Shown here: one piece after another, positions 26,301 to 39,950 of the stretch | Layout: each line of letters opens with the position of its first letter | Position numbering within the stretch: the stretch's first letter is position 1 | DNA from: Dendrobates tinctorius | Lineage: Eukaryota | Direction of reading: 5' to 3' | Assembly (NCBI RefSeq): GCF_039654945.1 | Contig: NW_027361684.1 | Location: 87,420,001-87,484,000, forward strand | Length of the DNA: 64,000 bases | Position numbers and translations under genes: made by a program | Notes under the pieces: model-generated | Told to the model about the DNA's origin: nothing | Seen by the model: only the letters and a program-made list of their open reading frames with translations | Database searches by the model: none

Positions 26301-27697
26301 GTGTTGCGAAGTGTTACCTGCGCATACTAAACATACACATGCATAAACTCGTTCCCCAGGTCTTCGCTGTGGAGATGAGTGGTGCCTCCAGAACACATAT
26401 TGCCAATACCAGCGGTGCGTTTGTCATTAACCTGAAGTGTCAGGTAGTGGTGGGGTGAACTCAGGATCTGGGCGTCCCCGCTGTTGGTGTTTCCCTAATG
26501 GGGAGTGGTCTTGAGGGTCCAGAGGCCTTTCATTAAGGAAGGGGTACTGTCATGATCCAGCGTGGATCTGACAGATTAAATGGATAAGTGAACTTTTTTT
26601 CCTTTGGCTAGGTGCCACAGTGATGTGATTGCCCCCGGTGGCCATTAGAATTATTACACGTGGTGTCGTTCATTCTAAGTTGCCCCGGTGGTGGTGAGTG
26701 GTAGTGCACTTTAGTTTCTTTGGTTTAGTGCACGTAATTATAAATCAGGTGTGAGGCTTTATAAAAGAGAGCCAGGTGTGTTCAATCACTGTTGGTGATA
26801 TTGTGTTCGCCATTTGGGAAGCAAGCCTGGGTGAGGAAGGAGCTGAACATGAGTCCTGTGCAGCCCAGCCAGAGGGGACGAGAGGCAGCTAGGTGGTCTG
26901 CAAGAAGGGCTGGCATGGCGTGGTGGAGTCACAGTTTATGGTGTTTGCAGGAAGTGCTTGCATGGCTTGGTGGAGTGACGACTATGGAGAAAGTTGCACT
27001 CAGCATGCGGGACTTGGTTGCTGAGAGCTGGACTCAAGCATGCTTGACATTTTGGGCAGGAGCTGAACTCATCTTTGGGACTCTGTTACTGGACAGCTGC
27101 AACTGGTGGTGGAATCTGCTCCAAGGCTGCACTATGGTGAAGGATCCAGTGTTGGTGATGGATCCGGGTGGAGAAGATGCACGCATGTGGTGGGCTCTGT
27201 TGCTAGGAACGTACGCAACAGAGCAAAGCTAAGTGGTGTTTCCCCTGTATTGTCTTCTTTCCTTGTGTGTGTTTAGTGCAGTGGTGGGATTAGTTTCCGC
27301 ACCGACCAATTCGCTAGTGAGGGTTTAGGTCAGGGCGAGCTAGGGTTAAAAGGTATCCTGTGCGTCGCCTGGTGCGGAACCGGCATAGGGAATGTTAGGA
27401 ATGCAGGAACTCTGGCTCAGGGGAGTACAGGAGGTCTCCACATCCCTATTCCCTATCGCAGGGCCCACCATTGTTAATGTTACCCAGGTTCCCCTTTATT
27501 ATTTAAATTTGCCTCACTGGAGGCGGGGTTTCCAGATTTACGTGTAATACCTAAATTTGCCTGTTGGAGGTGGCGTATCCAGCTGCACGTCTTATTATTT
27601 AAATTCGCACAACTGGAGGCGGTGTATCCAGGGTCACATGAGTCATATGGGTTCGCCTTGTGGTACTCACTGCGTCCAGACACACGTGATCGTGACA
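23343..27697 (+). mobile_element. Non-autonomous LTR retroelement (LTRs 23343-25279 and 26548-27697)
   Basis: TG...CA LTRs; 5-bp TSD gtggg; PBS-position ttatcaccaacc; PPT aaggaagggg; 1.27-kb non-coding interior. Confidence 0.92.
23383..24160. mobile_element. Harbinger-type MITE with telomere-like (TAACCC)n core, inside the 5' LTR
   Basis: TAA TSD confirmed by the empty site in the 3' LTR; TIR ggctactttcacacttgc / gcaagtgtgaaaccagcc. Confidence 0.9.
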
Positions 27698-28172
27698 GTG
27701 GGATCTTTTGTGACCTCTTGGATGAGTCGTTACTGCACTCTTGAGGTAATATTGGTCAGTCGGCCACTCCTGGAAAAATTCACCACCGTTCCATGTTTTC
27801 CCCATTTGTGGACAATGGCTCTCACTGTGGTTCTCTGAAGTACTAAAGTTTGGGAAATGGCTTGATAACTTTTTTCCAGACTGATCGATTTCAATTACTT
27901 TATTTCTCATTTGTTCTAGAATTTCTTTGGAATGCGGCATGATGTCTAACTTTTGAGGATCTTTTGGTCTTTTTCACTTTGTCAGGCAGGACCTATTTAA
28001 GTGATTTCTTGTTTCAGAACAGGTGTGTCAGTAATCATGCCTGTGTTTGGCTAAGGAATTTGAACTCCGCTTCCCAAAGATGTGATTTGTTAATTTATGT
28101 TTTAAGGGGGTAGTGGTTGGCAATAACTTTCTCACACAGGGCCCTGTAGGTTTGTATTTATTTTTCCCTTAA

Positions 28173-29347
28173 CCCCTGAACTCCCGGAGCTTTTTTCAGT
28201 TTTGCGTTTTTGTTTTTCGCTCCCCTTCTTCCCAGAGCCATAAACTTTTTTATTTTTCTGTCAATATGGCCATATGAGTTCTTATATTTTGCGGGGCGAG
28301 TTGTACTTTTGAATGACTTCATTGGTTTTAGCATGTCATGTACTCAAAAACAGAAGAAAAATTCCAAGTGCGGTCAAATTGCAAAAAAAGTGCAATCCCA
28401 AACTGTTTTTTGTTTGGCTTTTTTGCTCAGTTCACTAAATGCTAAAACTGACCTGCTATTATGATTCTCCAGATCATTACGAGTTCATAGACACCAAACA
28501 TGTCTAGGTTGGGTTTTTTTTATCAAAGTGGTGAAAAAAATTCCAAAGTTTGCTAAAAAAAAAAAAAATTTGGAGCCATGTTCCAATACCCATAGCGTCT
28601 CCATTTTTCGTGATATGGGGTTGGGTGGGGGTTTTTTTTTCGTGTGCCGAGCTGACGTTTTTAAGGATAACATTTATGTGCAGATACAATCTTTTGATTG
28701 CCCGTTATTGCATTTTAATGCAATGTCGTGGCGGCCAAAAAAAGTAATTTTGGCATTTTGATTTTTTTCCCGCTACGCCGTTTAGCAATCGGGTTAATCC
28801 TTTTTTTATTGATAGATCGGGTGATTCTGAATGCAGCGATACCTAATATGTGTATGTGTATTTTTTTTTTTTATTGTTTTATTGTGAATGGGGCGAAAGG
28901 GGGGGTGATTTAAACTTTTATATTTTTCAATTTTTTTCATAATTTTTAAAACATTTTTTCTTAATTTTGGCATGTTTCAATAGCTTCATGGGAGGCTAGA
29001 AGCATCCACAACTCAATCGGCTCTAATACATATAGACGATGAGCACTGAGTGGCGCTCATAGCAATGACTCATCAACAACCATAGAGACGGGGGTCAGCG
29101 AAGCGCTCATTTCTGGTCCGGCAGCCAGAAGTGCCGGTTAAATCCCGCTGTCAGCGTTTGACAGCGGGATTTAACTAGTTAATAGGCGCAGGTGGATTGC
29201 GATTCCACCCACGCCTATTGCGGGCATATGTCAGCTGTTGAAAACAGCTGACATGTCCAGGTTTTGATGCGGGCTCACCATATGAGCCCTCATCAAAGCG
29301 GGGAATCTGCCACTGGACGTGCTATAGTGTCCAATGGCAGAAAGGGG
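28173..29347. mobile_element. TTAA-flanked non-autonomous element (piggyBac-like CCCC/GGGG ends)
   Basis: ttaa|cccct ... agggg|ttaa inside the Tc1 TIR. Confidence 0.75.
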
Positions 29348-29351
29348 TTAA

Positions 29352-30259
29352 TGTTGTGAATTCGCTTTCTGGCCCACATCTGGTTACTAGTGAAGGTAGT
29401 GGAGCTGGTTGTATTGATAGAGGGGTCACGAGTTCTCTTCCCGGGCTCCCTCTGGTGGTTACTGGAGGTAATGGAGCTCATCTAATTAACAGAGGCCTGC
29501 CACCTAAGAATGAGGAGGATGACTGGAGATCTGGAGTTTCTGACTGGATTTAAGACAGCCGACTCCCTCTATCCCTGCTGGTGATTTTTCCTGCCTCCTG
29601 AGGTCTTAGTTTCCAGCTCAGTCCCTGCATGCTCAGCTAAGTGTTCTTTTGCTATTGTTGACATTTGATTTGGTTTTGTCTATTTCAGTTTTGTGTGGTC
29701 AGCCAGCCCCGGCTGGGGCTGTGCTGAATTTCCATCCTTATGTTACTGTTTGTGCCATTTTATTTTTGTCCCTTATTAGATTGGCCTCTTTTTGCTCTGC
29801 TTTCAGAATATACCAGAGTGCTGATATAGTGGGCGAAGTCTAGTGACTTCAGTATTTTTCTATCAGACGTGTTGGGCATTTTTTGCAGGGTTTTTTTGCA
29901 TGATTGCAGAGTCTTTCCTTTCCTGTCCTGTCTGGTTAGTGTGGGCCCCATCGTTTGCTCAGTCTATTTTCCTACCTGCGTTTGTGTTTTCATCTTGTCT
30001 CACCGACAATATATGCTTGGGGGCTATCTATTCCTTTGGGGTCTGCTCTGGGGCAGTTTAGATTTCCCCTTTCTTGCTTTAGGCTTATTTAGTTCTCCGG
30101 CTGTGTCGAGGCGTCTCGGATCATCATAGGTACGCTGCACGGCTACTGCTAGTTGTGTGGATAGGATCAGGGGTCTGCAATCCGCTTAGTTACCAACCTC
30201 TCTGGTTTTCTGTTGCTTAGCTTGGTCTTGCTTTCCTCCTCGGTGACTCAATCATAACA
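29352..30259 (+). mobile_element. Solo LTR
   Basis: tgttgtga...tcataaca; Tc1 TIR resumes afterwards; TSD imperfect. Confidence 0.7.
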
Positions 30260-31069
30260 GATTAATGAGAAAAACCTTAATTTAAAAACTTCATTTTGTA
30301 TCTACTTGTGTTATATTTGTATCTACTTGTGTTATATTTGTCTAATATTTAAATTTGGTGATTTGAAACATTTTAAGTGTGTCAAACATGCAAAAGAATA
30401 GGAAATAGGAAGGGAGCAGACAATTTTTCACACAACTGTACATGATTGGTATCTGCGTATCATACTGACCCGGCGAATCATAGTGCCAGCTCAGTTTTAC
30501 CATATAGTGAACATGGTAAATAAGAAAAAAATAAATACAAAACATTGTGGAATTGCACTTTTTTGGAATTTCACAATACTTGGAATTTTTTCCCGGTTTC
30601 CAGTATACTATGTGGTAAAATCAATGGTGTCATTCAAGAGTACAACTCATCCTGCAAAAAAACAAGCTCTCATATGACCGTATTGACAGAAATATAAAAA
30701 TGTTATGGCTCTTGGAAGAAAGGGAGGAAAAAACAAAAATGGAAAATAGCCCTGGGGTGAAGGGGTTTAACAGAGACATTATACATTTCCTCTGTGTGGT
30801 GCAAAGAAGATAATTTGTAGCACTTAACATCTCAAACAGTAAGCAACATGAATTGCAGCTAGGCTGCATGATTATATTTTTCACAGAAATGTTCCGGCAT
30901 TTCAGAGAAGATATATTTTGAAGAGTCGGCCATAGAGTATAGCTGGACACTCCACTAGTCCTGTACTGCCCGTCAGCTGGATTTTGTGGATATCTTGACA
31001 GATATTAGTGGAAATTGTTGGCATAATTTACTTGTTTATTTTTTTTCTTAGATACATTATATCAACATA

Positions 31070-31900
31070 TTGGGATGCACTTCTTAATTAAATCAGGTTT
31101 TTCATTCAGTCTCATTGCCATAGGCGTATAAAATCCAGCCACTAGACATCATGTCTGCCTTTCAAACATTTGTGAAAGATTTGATTGCTCTAAAGAGCGC
31201 TCTGAATTCCAGCTTCGGTATTAGAATGCCGCCATTGCAACAAATCAGTTTGTTAAATTTCTTACAACCTTAGATCTTTCACCATCAACTGCGAGTGGCA
31301 TTTTTTAAAAGTTGAAGCGTTTTGGAACCATAACTCAGCCATGAACTAATAGACCAGCAGAGTTAGAGAGAAGGTCACAGAAGGCCAATGCTGTTTTCAC
31401 GCAATAACTACAGATCATCAAACATCCTCTGGCATTATCATCAGCACAAAAGCTGTGTGCTGGGAGCCTCATGGCTTGAGTTTCCATGGTCAAATCGCTG
31501 CATACAATCCTTATAACACCAAGCGTTGTATAAAAGTGGGTAAAGCACACAACTGTTGGACTGTGGAGCTTTTGAATTGTATTCTTTGAAGTGACAAATC
31601 ACGCTTCTCTAGCTGGTAGTATGATGGAAGATCTGGGTTTGGCAAATATTTGGTGGAGGAAAGATTGGGGCTATTTTTAGGGGTTGGTCTATTCCCCTTC
31701 CAGTGAAGGGCAGTCTTAAAGCTTAAGTATACCAAGACATTTTTGACAATTATATGCTTCTAACTTTGTGTCAACAGTTTGGAGAAAGTCCTTGAATGTT
31801 AACTATTGCACCAAACAAGATCCATATAGATATTGTTGGGTGACTTTGGTGTGTAAGAACCGGACGAGTTTGCAAAGAGCTATGACCTCAACTGTATCCA
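31070..31900 (+). mobile_element. Highly degenerate Tc1-like transposase remnant
   Basis: Decayed WNCILWSD-SRFS-like and PDLN-like coding segments. Confidence 0.55.
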
Positions 31901-32280
31901 AGGCGATAGAGTGGTGGGAAAACTAGGGAATTGCCCAGGGTTCACACCCAAAAATGCCCCCAGCGAGACCCTATATAGCTGCAGGTTTGATGGGCCAGTC
32001 GGTTTGTGGTTGCCTACTTCTACAAACTAGAAACTGCACTGATAATGACAGTCCCATGTTGTATAACATGCAATAATAGTGTGTAGAATCGGGTGTGTAA
32101 TATATAGTGTATATGTGTAGCATGCGGTGTATAGAGCTCTTCTTTTTGGAGGACTTTTTGATTTGGCTAATATTTGTTATTGAATCTTACTTTTTTTCTA
32201 GAAAAGAGCTAATGTGCATATTTTTTCCCCATAGAACATTGCCTGTAAACATGTCTCCATACAATGATGCATCTCTTTAA

Positions 32281-32769
32281 AAGGAATCTGTGAAGTGAAA
32301 AAGCGCTATTGACCTGCAGATATGAGGTTAATCTCGAGTTAAAAGCATTCTGAAGTTGTGCAGCTGCAGTACTAAAGGTTCCACTGCCAGGAGAAAATGA
32401 ACTTGATTCATCCCTGCAGCATCAGGCTTTTGGTCACAGAAGTACAGCCGGCGCAGTTTCAGTCACCGCTCAATATATAGTAAGCGAGGGCTGTAACCAC
32501 GCCCTGGCAGTGACTGACAGCCGAGACAGCAGTGCATCAGTACAGAGCTGGCTGTCACTGAGGGGGGCGTGGTTACATTATGTCCTGAGCGGTAACTGAA
32601 GCCGTGTCTCTATGACTGAAAGCCGGTAGCTGCTGGGACGAATAAAGTTCATTTCCTCGCTGCAGCGCAACTCTCAATGCAGGGGCCGCACAGCTTCAGA
32701 GTGCTATAAACCTGCACATTAACCCAATATCTGCAAGTTAATAATTATTTTTCACATGACAGGTTCCCT
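32281..32769. mobile_element. TTAA (T2/Kolobok-type) palindromic MITE
   Basis: aggaatctgtgaagtgaaaaa ... ttttcacatgacaggttccct. Confidence 0.7.
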
Positions 32770-34033
32770 TTGATGAAGATCAAGATCCATTCTGTACTTT
32801 CTTGAAATAAAGATTTTCAGAACATCCCAGTAAAGTAGTTCAGGCTAATCAAGACGCACTAGGACACAACAGCTTGCATACTGTAAATGTGGGAAGTTTT
32901 CTAGACTAGGCATCGAAATAATTCTCAAATAATGGGAAGTGATGGTGATAAATAAGGGTGAAGAGCAATATATTACTGATGGACACTGCATAATAATAGA
33001 GCAATTACATCTGTATTCGATTAAATGTATTAAACCACATCGTAACTAATCATAGAAGAATTCTGTTTTTCACTTCTGGGACTATTTGTAAAATAATGGT
33101 GCCTTGAACAATTAGATATAGAATATTAAAATAGGTTGGTTTTGCTGAATTCCTGCATGTTACTGCGCTTACTAAGTATTCATTAATTCCCAAAAAGATC
33201 ACTGTGGCTTCCATCCCATCACTTAGAAATAGCTAAGCACAGTAGTAATAGCTTGCCAAGTTGATTTATTTGTTTTGGCTGCTGAGAAAACCCCTGGCTG
33301 TAATTTTTGGCTTGAGGTTATGTTGGAAGTTGTTGTTAAAGAGAAAGAAGGAATTTCCAATTTGTACTCGGTAGCAGACTATATACACATGCTAAGAACG
33401 GAAATACTAAGCATTGCAAAGTAATAACATTGGGATAATGATCTAATCATTGCCTATAGTGTGACTGCCATAGGAGTATATAGTATGTATAAAATGTGTA
33501 TTATAGAGATATTCCACTTCCTCTAAGTAAAAATGTGTGAAAGAATAAAACATAGATCTTCCCAGCGCCATCATCAGTTGGAATAGAAACAGCTGAACAG
33601 TTTGCCACACGGAGCATCAGGACATAGTAAACAGAGGTGATCAACAATAAGAAAAGAGAGAATGTTGTTCAACACCGAAGTGATACCTACTTTTGTACAG
33701 TATATACTGATGCAGGTGACCAAAAAATACTGTAATAGCTGAAAAAAAATGAAAATTTACAGTGATTAAGGCAAAATGGGAGTAGGCTCACCCTTAGATT
33801 CCCAGATCCTGGTTAATAGACAGCTAGATTAGGAATGGACTCTTGAGATGTAAACAGAATACCTTGGTTCAAAGAGGTTGTCCACTTTCTGATAAAATTT
33901 ATTTTATGACATAAATTGTATCTTTATTTGTTGCTAGTCATAATTCTTGTACTTTGTTTAAAGGTCCGATGGTGCCCATGTAGTCATTGGATAACATCCT
34001 CTCCATGTCCATAGGAAAGATGATGGTACAGGC

Positions 34034-35375
34034 TGTCACGATCCATTTTTGGATCTGTGTCAGTTTGGGCTGCTCACATTTAAACTTTTTTCCTTTCTGG
34101 CCATTGGGGGTTAATGTCAGTTTTTCCCCTTGGTGGCCACTGGTGTTACTACATGTTTTTCCCCCCCTGGTGGCCACTGGTGTTACTACATGTTTAGTTT
34201 GTCTGCTGGTGGTGACCACTCCCACCTTCCTATATAAGGTCACCTGAGGCATCAGCTGATGTTGGTGATACACTTCCTTTTGGATACCAACCGTGGTCAA
34301 GACAGGAGCTGGCTGAGAGCAGTGGTGCTTCTGCTGATTGCTGATCTGGTGCCTTACTCTGCTGCTCGGTGCATTGCAGCAGAGAAAGCTAAGTGTTGTT
34401 TGTCTTACCTTGTCTGTTATCTTTCCTTGGTGTTATATTAGTGCAGTGGTGGGACCAGTGTCCGCACTTACCAATTCTCTTTTGAGGCATAGGTGAAGGG
34501 CAAGTGAGGGCTAAAGTATCCTGCTCTGCGACAGGTTGAAAGAACCTGTATAGGGAAGTCAGGGAGATCAGGGCTCATCCTTAGGAGAATGCAGGAGGTG
34601 TCCCTTTCCCTGTTCCCTATAGCAGGGCCCACCGTTGTAATTGTGTCCCCGGTGTTCTCTTGTTTATCTTGTTGTTTGGTGACCGACCGATCGTCGGGTC
34701 GAGTCACGCAGGGCCAGTCTCATATCGTGACATTATCACCAACCATCCCATTTTGTCTGGTGAGCCATGGCCCAAATTCAGGCCTTTACCAAACTGTTTC
34801 AGACCCTCACTGATGAGCTTAGGGTGCTGCATGATGAGGTGGTGCAGCAGCTGCAGCAGATGGTGGGGTTTGGGGCCTTGGCTCAGGTGCAGGCTCAACC
34901 AGAACCCGATATCTCTCCCTGACAGGTTTTCTGGATGGAGAGATACATTTTTGTTTTTTCAGGAGGGGCCTGCAAGTTATACTTCAGGCTCCGTCCTCGT
35001 TCATCAGGGAGTGAGGAACAACGGGTGGGAATCATTATGTCCCTTCTTAAGGGTGATCCCCAATCCTGGGCCCTCTCCCTGCTGGTCGATTCAATCTCTA
35101 CAATCAGTGGACAAGTTTGTTGCGGTATTGGCGCTGGTGTATAGAGATCCTGAGGGCTAAGGTATCCTGCTCGGCAACAGGTTGAAAGAACCTGTATAGG
35201 GACGTCAGGGAGATCAGGGCACATCCTTAGGAGAGTTCAGGTGTCCCTTTCCCTGTTCCCTATAGCAGGGCCCGCCATTGTAATTGTGTCCCCGGTGTTC
35301 CCTTGCTTGTCTTGTTGTTAGGTGACTGACCGATTGTCGGGTCGAGTCACGAAGGGCCAGTCTCATATCGTGACA
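34034..35375 (+). mobile_element. Internally deleted Gypsy-type LTR element: 5' LTR 34034-34732, gag fragment, partial 3' LTR
   Basis: 5-bp TSD caggc; TG..CA ends; gag-like CKLYFRLRPRSSGSEEQRVGIIMSLLKGDPQSWA; same ttatcaccaacc after the LTR as the 23343 element. Confidence 0.9.
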
Positions 35376-35859
35376 CAGGCCGTTTGGATGTGGTATACTT
35401 AAGTAAATTCTTTCCCTGCTGACCCTTGGCTGCATTTACTTCAGCGCAGATACAGGCATAGCTTTCTCCAGCTGTGTTTGCACCTGCTGCTGGCACTGTG
35501 GATTAAGAAGTTAGTTGGGTCACTTGATGGGGCAGGAAGCAAGCGCTGGTCTCAGGCATTCCTTTGGGTTGTTCTCAAACTTCACAGGCTTTGTGTCAAA
35601 TGTTGTAATAGGCAGCAGTAGGACTTAAAATAAAAATCAATTATGGCCTATAACAAATGTCATTAAAAATTGTATATCTAGTAAATCACAAGAAATCCAT
35701 GGTGGCCAGGTTTTCAGGAAATTCTCCACAGTATCTGTGACTACGGCTTGGAACATTTTGTAAAGCGTTGTGTAAGAGACTTTGGACCCTTAGGATCAAT
35801 TTACTAAGCTAAGTGGATCCATTATAAAGTATCAGTAGCCCTCTCTTCCACATGAGGTA

Positions 35860-36663
35860 AAAAAATTTAAAAGAGACACTAGCACCAGACGTAGTATTAT
35901 ATATAATATATTTATAATTTATTTCCTATATAGTAGTGACACATCCAAGAATTTATTTATAAAAACTACCACCAGTGTCTAGTGAAATGGTGATTAAACA
36001 CCTGATATAAATAATAAATCAACCAACCATAGGACTAATCAACCAAAAAATTTTTACCAGACAGGATATACGTAATAGATAGCATTTATTATATTGGTGA
36101 TTTCATATAAAATCAATTTAAAAACAATGTGCACGTTTTGGGACCATTTTCACAAAATTTGTAAAATAATCACAGTGGACCCATTTATATGTACCATAAT
36201 ATGCAATCATCATATATATCTAATAAGTAAAAAAAATTTTATATATAAAAAAAATAAGCAAATAGTGCATGTGCATAAATAAATCCCGTGCAAAAATGTA
36301 ACAATGATAATTTCATTATTTCACTGCCACATAAAGTGCAGTGTGCAAAATGCCAATCATGTGCAAAAAACCACAAAATTGATTAAATCCTGTGCCAAAA
36401 TATAAAAATGATAATTTCATTAATTCACTGCCATATAAAGTGCAGTGTGCATAATAACAATCATGTGCTGACATGTCATGTGCAACCACCACAATGATTA
36501 AGTGTATTAAAAAAGACAATATAGAGGAATGCAATAATTAAGTCCTGTACCTTTAAGGGTCACCACGTCCCTTTAATGCGCACCCCGACGCACGTTTCGG
36601 AAGATTTTCCTTCATCAGGAAGGAAAATTGGTTGATTAGTCCTATGGTTGGTTGATTTATTAT
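35860..36663 (-). mobile_element. Short non-coding Penelope-like pLTR insertion with an HHR and a ~38-bp 5' inversion
   Basis: 14-bp TSD ttccacatgaggta (35846-59, 36664-77); 36626-36663 is the reverse complement of ~36010-36047. Confidence 0.8.
36583..36622 (-). ncRNA. Minimal type I hammerhead ribozyme
   Basis: CUUC-CUGAUGA-A-GGAA(aauc)UUCC-GAAA-CGUGCG-UC^GGGG, followed by AUUAAA. Confidence 0.82.
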
Positions 36664-36770
36664 TTCCACATGAGGTAGCATGGCTGAAGAGAAATCGTTA
36701 GGTTGAGTGATAGACTTGTGATGATGAGCTCCTACATAAAGTGTAAGCAGCACAGAGTCAATATAAATTC

Positions 36771-37340
36771 TGTCATGATCAAGGCTGGGTTTTGTATCCT
36801 GTTTCTCTTTTCCAGTCTGATCATGTCAAGGGTTAACTTTTCTCTGCCTCGTTCTGGCGTCAGTTCGGCTATTTCTCTCTACTGCATCCTGCAGGCGGTG
36901 TCAGTTATAGTTTCTGCCTAAGGCGTGTGTAGCTGACTCTGCATACCGTGATCCATCCTGCTGCTTTTGCTGACTGTACCAGTGTCTGTTTATTCCCCTC
37001 TTCCCGTCCTGACTCTGCGTTCTCCTTCTCGTGTTTTGACTCCCTGGTGTTTGACTTGGCTTGGATCCTGACTTGCCGTTTGTCTCATGTTTTTGGCATA
37101 TCTGCTTCTGTCCGATATGACTGATATTGACCCATTTGGCTTGTTTCTGACTCTGTGCTTGTTTATTCCTTTGGTACTACGCTACAGACTAATATCGACC
37201 TGGCTTGCTTTACAATTCCGCTGCCACCTGGTGGTAGCCTCACTGCTGCGCTGCAGGTCTGCTCCTGCTGTATGCAGTCCTCCCTCCACTTTATTGCCAT
37301 CTAGCGGAGCTGCAGCTACCTGCATAGCATCAGCGTGACA
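36771..37340 (+). mobile_element. Solo LTR
   Basis: tgtcatga...cgtgaca; TSD aattc/aatgc (4 of 5 match). Confidence 0.7.
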
Positions 37341-37677
37341 AATGCTATTAGGTCGCAGTGAAGAAGTAGGTTCAAATTCTATAAAAAAAATGTTTTTACA
37401 GCTTGTGAAAAAAAATTGCAGCACGCACTATTGGACTCTGTCCCCTGAATGACAAATTGGTGGATCAAGTTGTGTCAAATGACACAAAAAGGTGCACTGA
37501 GAACAGGCGCTCAGAACTTCCCATCAGTGGAAATTCATTTGCTTCATACGGTGTTATAAATTCCAGTTAATGTTCTCTTTTGTATTCACTTGTTACTCAA
37601 AAACTGCAGAAAAACATCTAAACTGAATGTGTGAATACAGCTCTAAAGAGAATAACCATGATGGCAGGGAAGATTCA

Positions 37678-38082
37678 GAGGGATTGTGTTGATTCAAAGT
37701 AGATTAGTGCATAGTAACAGACTTATAAAATAAGAAACCAGCTTTTACTTATCCTCCACTGGTTTAGTGATGCCTCTTCACTCCTGCTCGTCTTTGTTGA
37801 TCAGCTGCAGCTTTAACATCAAATTTACAACTCTCATAACCACTGTAGATGATCACTAGGCTCAGAAGTTTGTGCTGCCTACTAATGCAGAACCACTGAA
37901 AGCAGTGATTGGTTTGAGCAGTTATGAACTCTGTAGACATAATATCAGTGTGGTCATCAACAAAGACCAGATCAGCAGCTAAAAGGCATCTCTGGATCTC
38001 AGGAGACTGAGTAAAAGCTCTGTTTATTATTTTAAAAGTCTTTTATCCTATGCACAAAAAGATTTGAATCAGAACAACCCCT
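37678..38082. mobile_element. Old TTAA-type MITE
   Basis: agggattgtgttgattcaaa ... tttgaatcagaacaacccct|ttaa. Confidence 0.5.
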
Positions 38083-39589
38083 TTAAGTCAATGTTTCTTA
38101 CACTAGAATGCATTATGAGAAAATTGTGTATTTAATTTAGCTCTAGTTTTAGAAGGAGGAGTAGTTTAAACTAAATAAAACTTAATAGAACCTTGCACAC
38201 ACTGAGTCATGTTACTCAGTACTGTGTACCAAATTACACAGCACTTCTAGACAACAATATGATCCATTATACAGTAAAGCGGAGCAATATACCGTATATC
38301 ATTATATGAAAGTTAATCAGTATATATTCATGGACTTATTTGGGGGGGGGTGAGTGGGGCATTTTCCCCAGGTGCAGCCAGCAGGGAGGTACCATTGAGC
38401 CATCTAATGTGGTGATCCAAGGTGTCACTCAGGTTGCGGCTGCATTTTGCTGCCTAATCATAGTGAGACTTGGGTGATCTCTGAGTTGTCTGTCAAGCTT
38501 CCAGCCAGCTCAGAGAAGGTCTAATACACTGACTTACAGCATTCAATTATACTGAAGTCTTTTAGACTCGAGTACAAATGAAATCCTGACACTTCCGTGT
38601 CAGGGTGAGGTCAGCTGTGCGATCATGTCATTTGATAATGCTGCTGACGTCACTCACAGATGCTGCAGTGGCACAAAGAAAGTTGGTAGGTAAGTTATGT
38701 GTGATGAAACAGTATGAGGAGCATGAGAAATGGGTGCAGAAACAGTATGGAGAGGGGAGAAGTCTGAGGAGACAGTATGGTGAGCGGGGGAATGTTTGAG
38801 GAAACAGTATGAGGAGTAGAGAGGATATGTAGGTATGGGCAGTGTGGAATCTGTCATGAAACAGTATGAGGAGCGAAGGGTATTGGGTACAGAAATAGTA
38901 TGAGAAGGGGGGAATGTTTGAGGAGACAACTTGGTGAACGGGGAGTAAGGATATGTGTGTGGGGAAACTGAGGAAGCAGTAGAGGAGTGGAGAGGAATGG
39001 GTGCGGAAAAACAGTACAGGGAGTGGAGGATGGGATGAGAGCGGAGAATGTGAAGAAACAGTACAGAGAGCAAGAGGGTAATTATGTGAGGAGATAGTAT
39101 GGTGAGTGGGAGACAGTATGTGGAAGTGTATTCAGGGGCATTATAATCACGCTGCTATTTTTAACGGCACATTGTTGGGATGCGCTCCTAAGGACATTCA
39201 AGGTAAGCTGCCTTCGAGTGGGGGCACCATTGCATTACCTTATAGTGCCAACCTCTGCGGTCAGGCAGGGACAGACCAGGGTTAGAGAAGGACTATTCCT
39301 AGTCTGAACAGGGACCTGTCAGGTTCATGTATTTATCTTCCTGATTTGTACATTACCTGTGTGAATGTGCTTTGGCAGTCATAACAGTACCTGGATGTAA
39401 ATGTTTATTTGTAATGCTGACTACATCTCATCAGTACTGTGGTTCCTGTATGGTCTGCATTCTGATGATGGCTGATAACAAATCCCAGTATCTCTTTACA
39501 ATTGTTAAAAACATACTGAGAGTTGTAGGTTCAGGCAATTCAAATGTATATGGAGCTGTCCTGACATTGCACTTGATGTACCATGTACT

Positions 39590-39950
39590 TATGGTGGTAC
39601 TGGTGATGTATTCATGCACTGATAGTTGTTCTGGTGATTTGTTTATGTATTGATGGTGGGTCAGGTGATGTATTCATGTACTGATGGTGGTTCAGGTGAT
39701 GTGTTCATCTACTGATGGTGGTTCAGGTGATCTATTCATGCACTGATGATTATTCTGGTGATTCATTCATGTACTGATGGGGTTCTGGTGATGTATTTCT
39801 GTACTGATGGGGTTTTTATGCTGTGTTTTTGTACTGATGATGGTTCTGGTGATATGCTTCTGTACTGATGGAAGTTCTACTGATGTAATTCTGTTCTGAT
39901 GTTGGGTTGGATGCTGTATTTCTGTACTGTTGGTGGTTCTGGTGAGGCAT
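39590..39950. repeat. 31-bp minisatellite
   Basis: Unit gtactgatggtggttcaggtgatgtattcat. Confidence 0.85.

Larger units (their letters stand above)
22636..30438 (-). mobile_element. Tc1 transposon, internally deleted and interrupted by three insertions
   Basis: ta|cagttgtg...cacaactg|ta; MPHSKEILEQMRNKVIE at 27940; same family as 40935-42330. Confidence 0.85.
21960..30765. mobile_element. TTAA-flanked non-autonomous DNA element, outer layer of a nested stack
   Basis: Starts ttaactcc..., ends ...gaaggggtttaa. Sequence is continuous across the Tc1 (ctata|catgattggtatc) and resembles the 28173 and 62899 elements. Confidence 0.6.
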
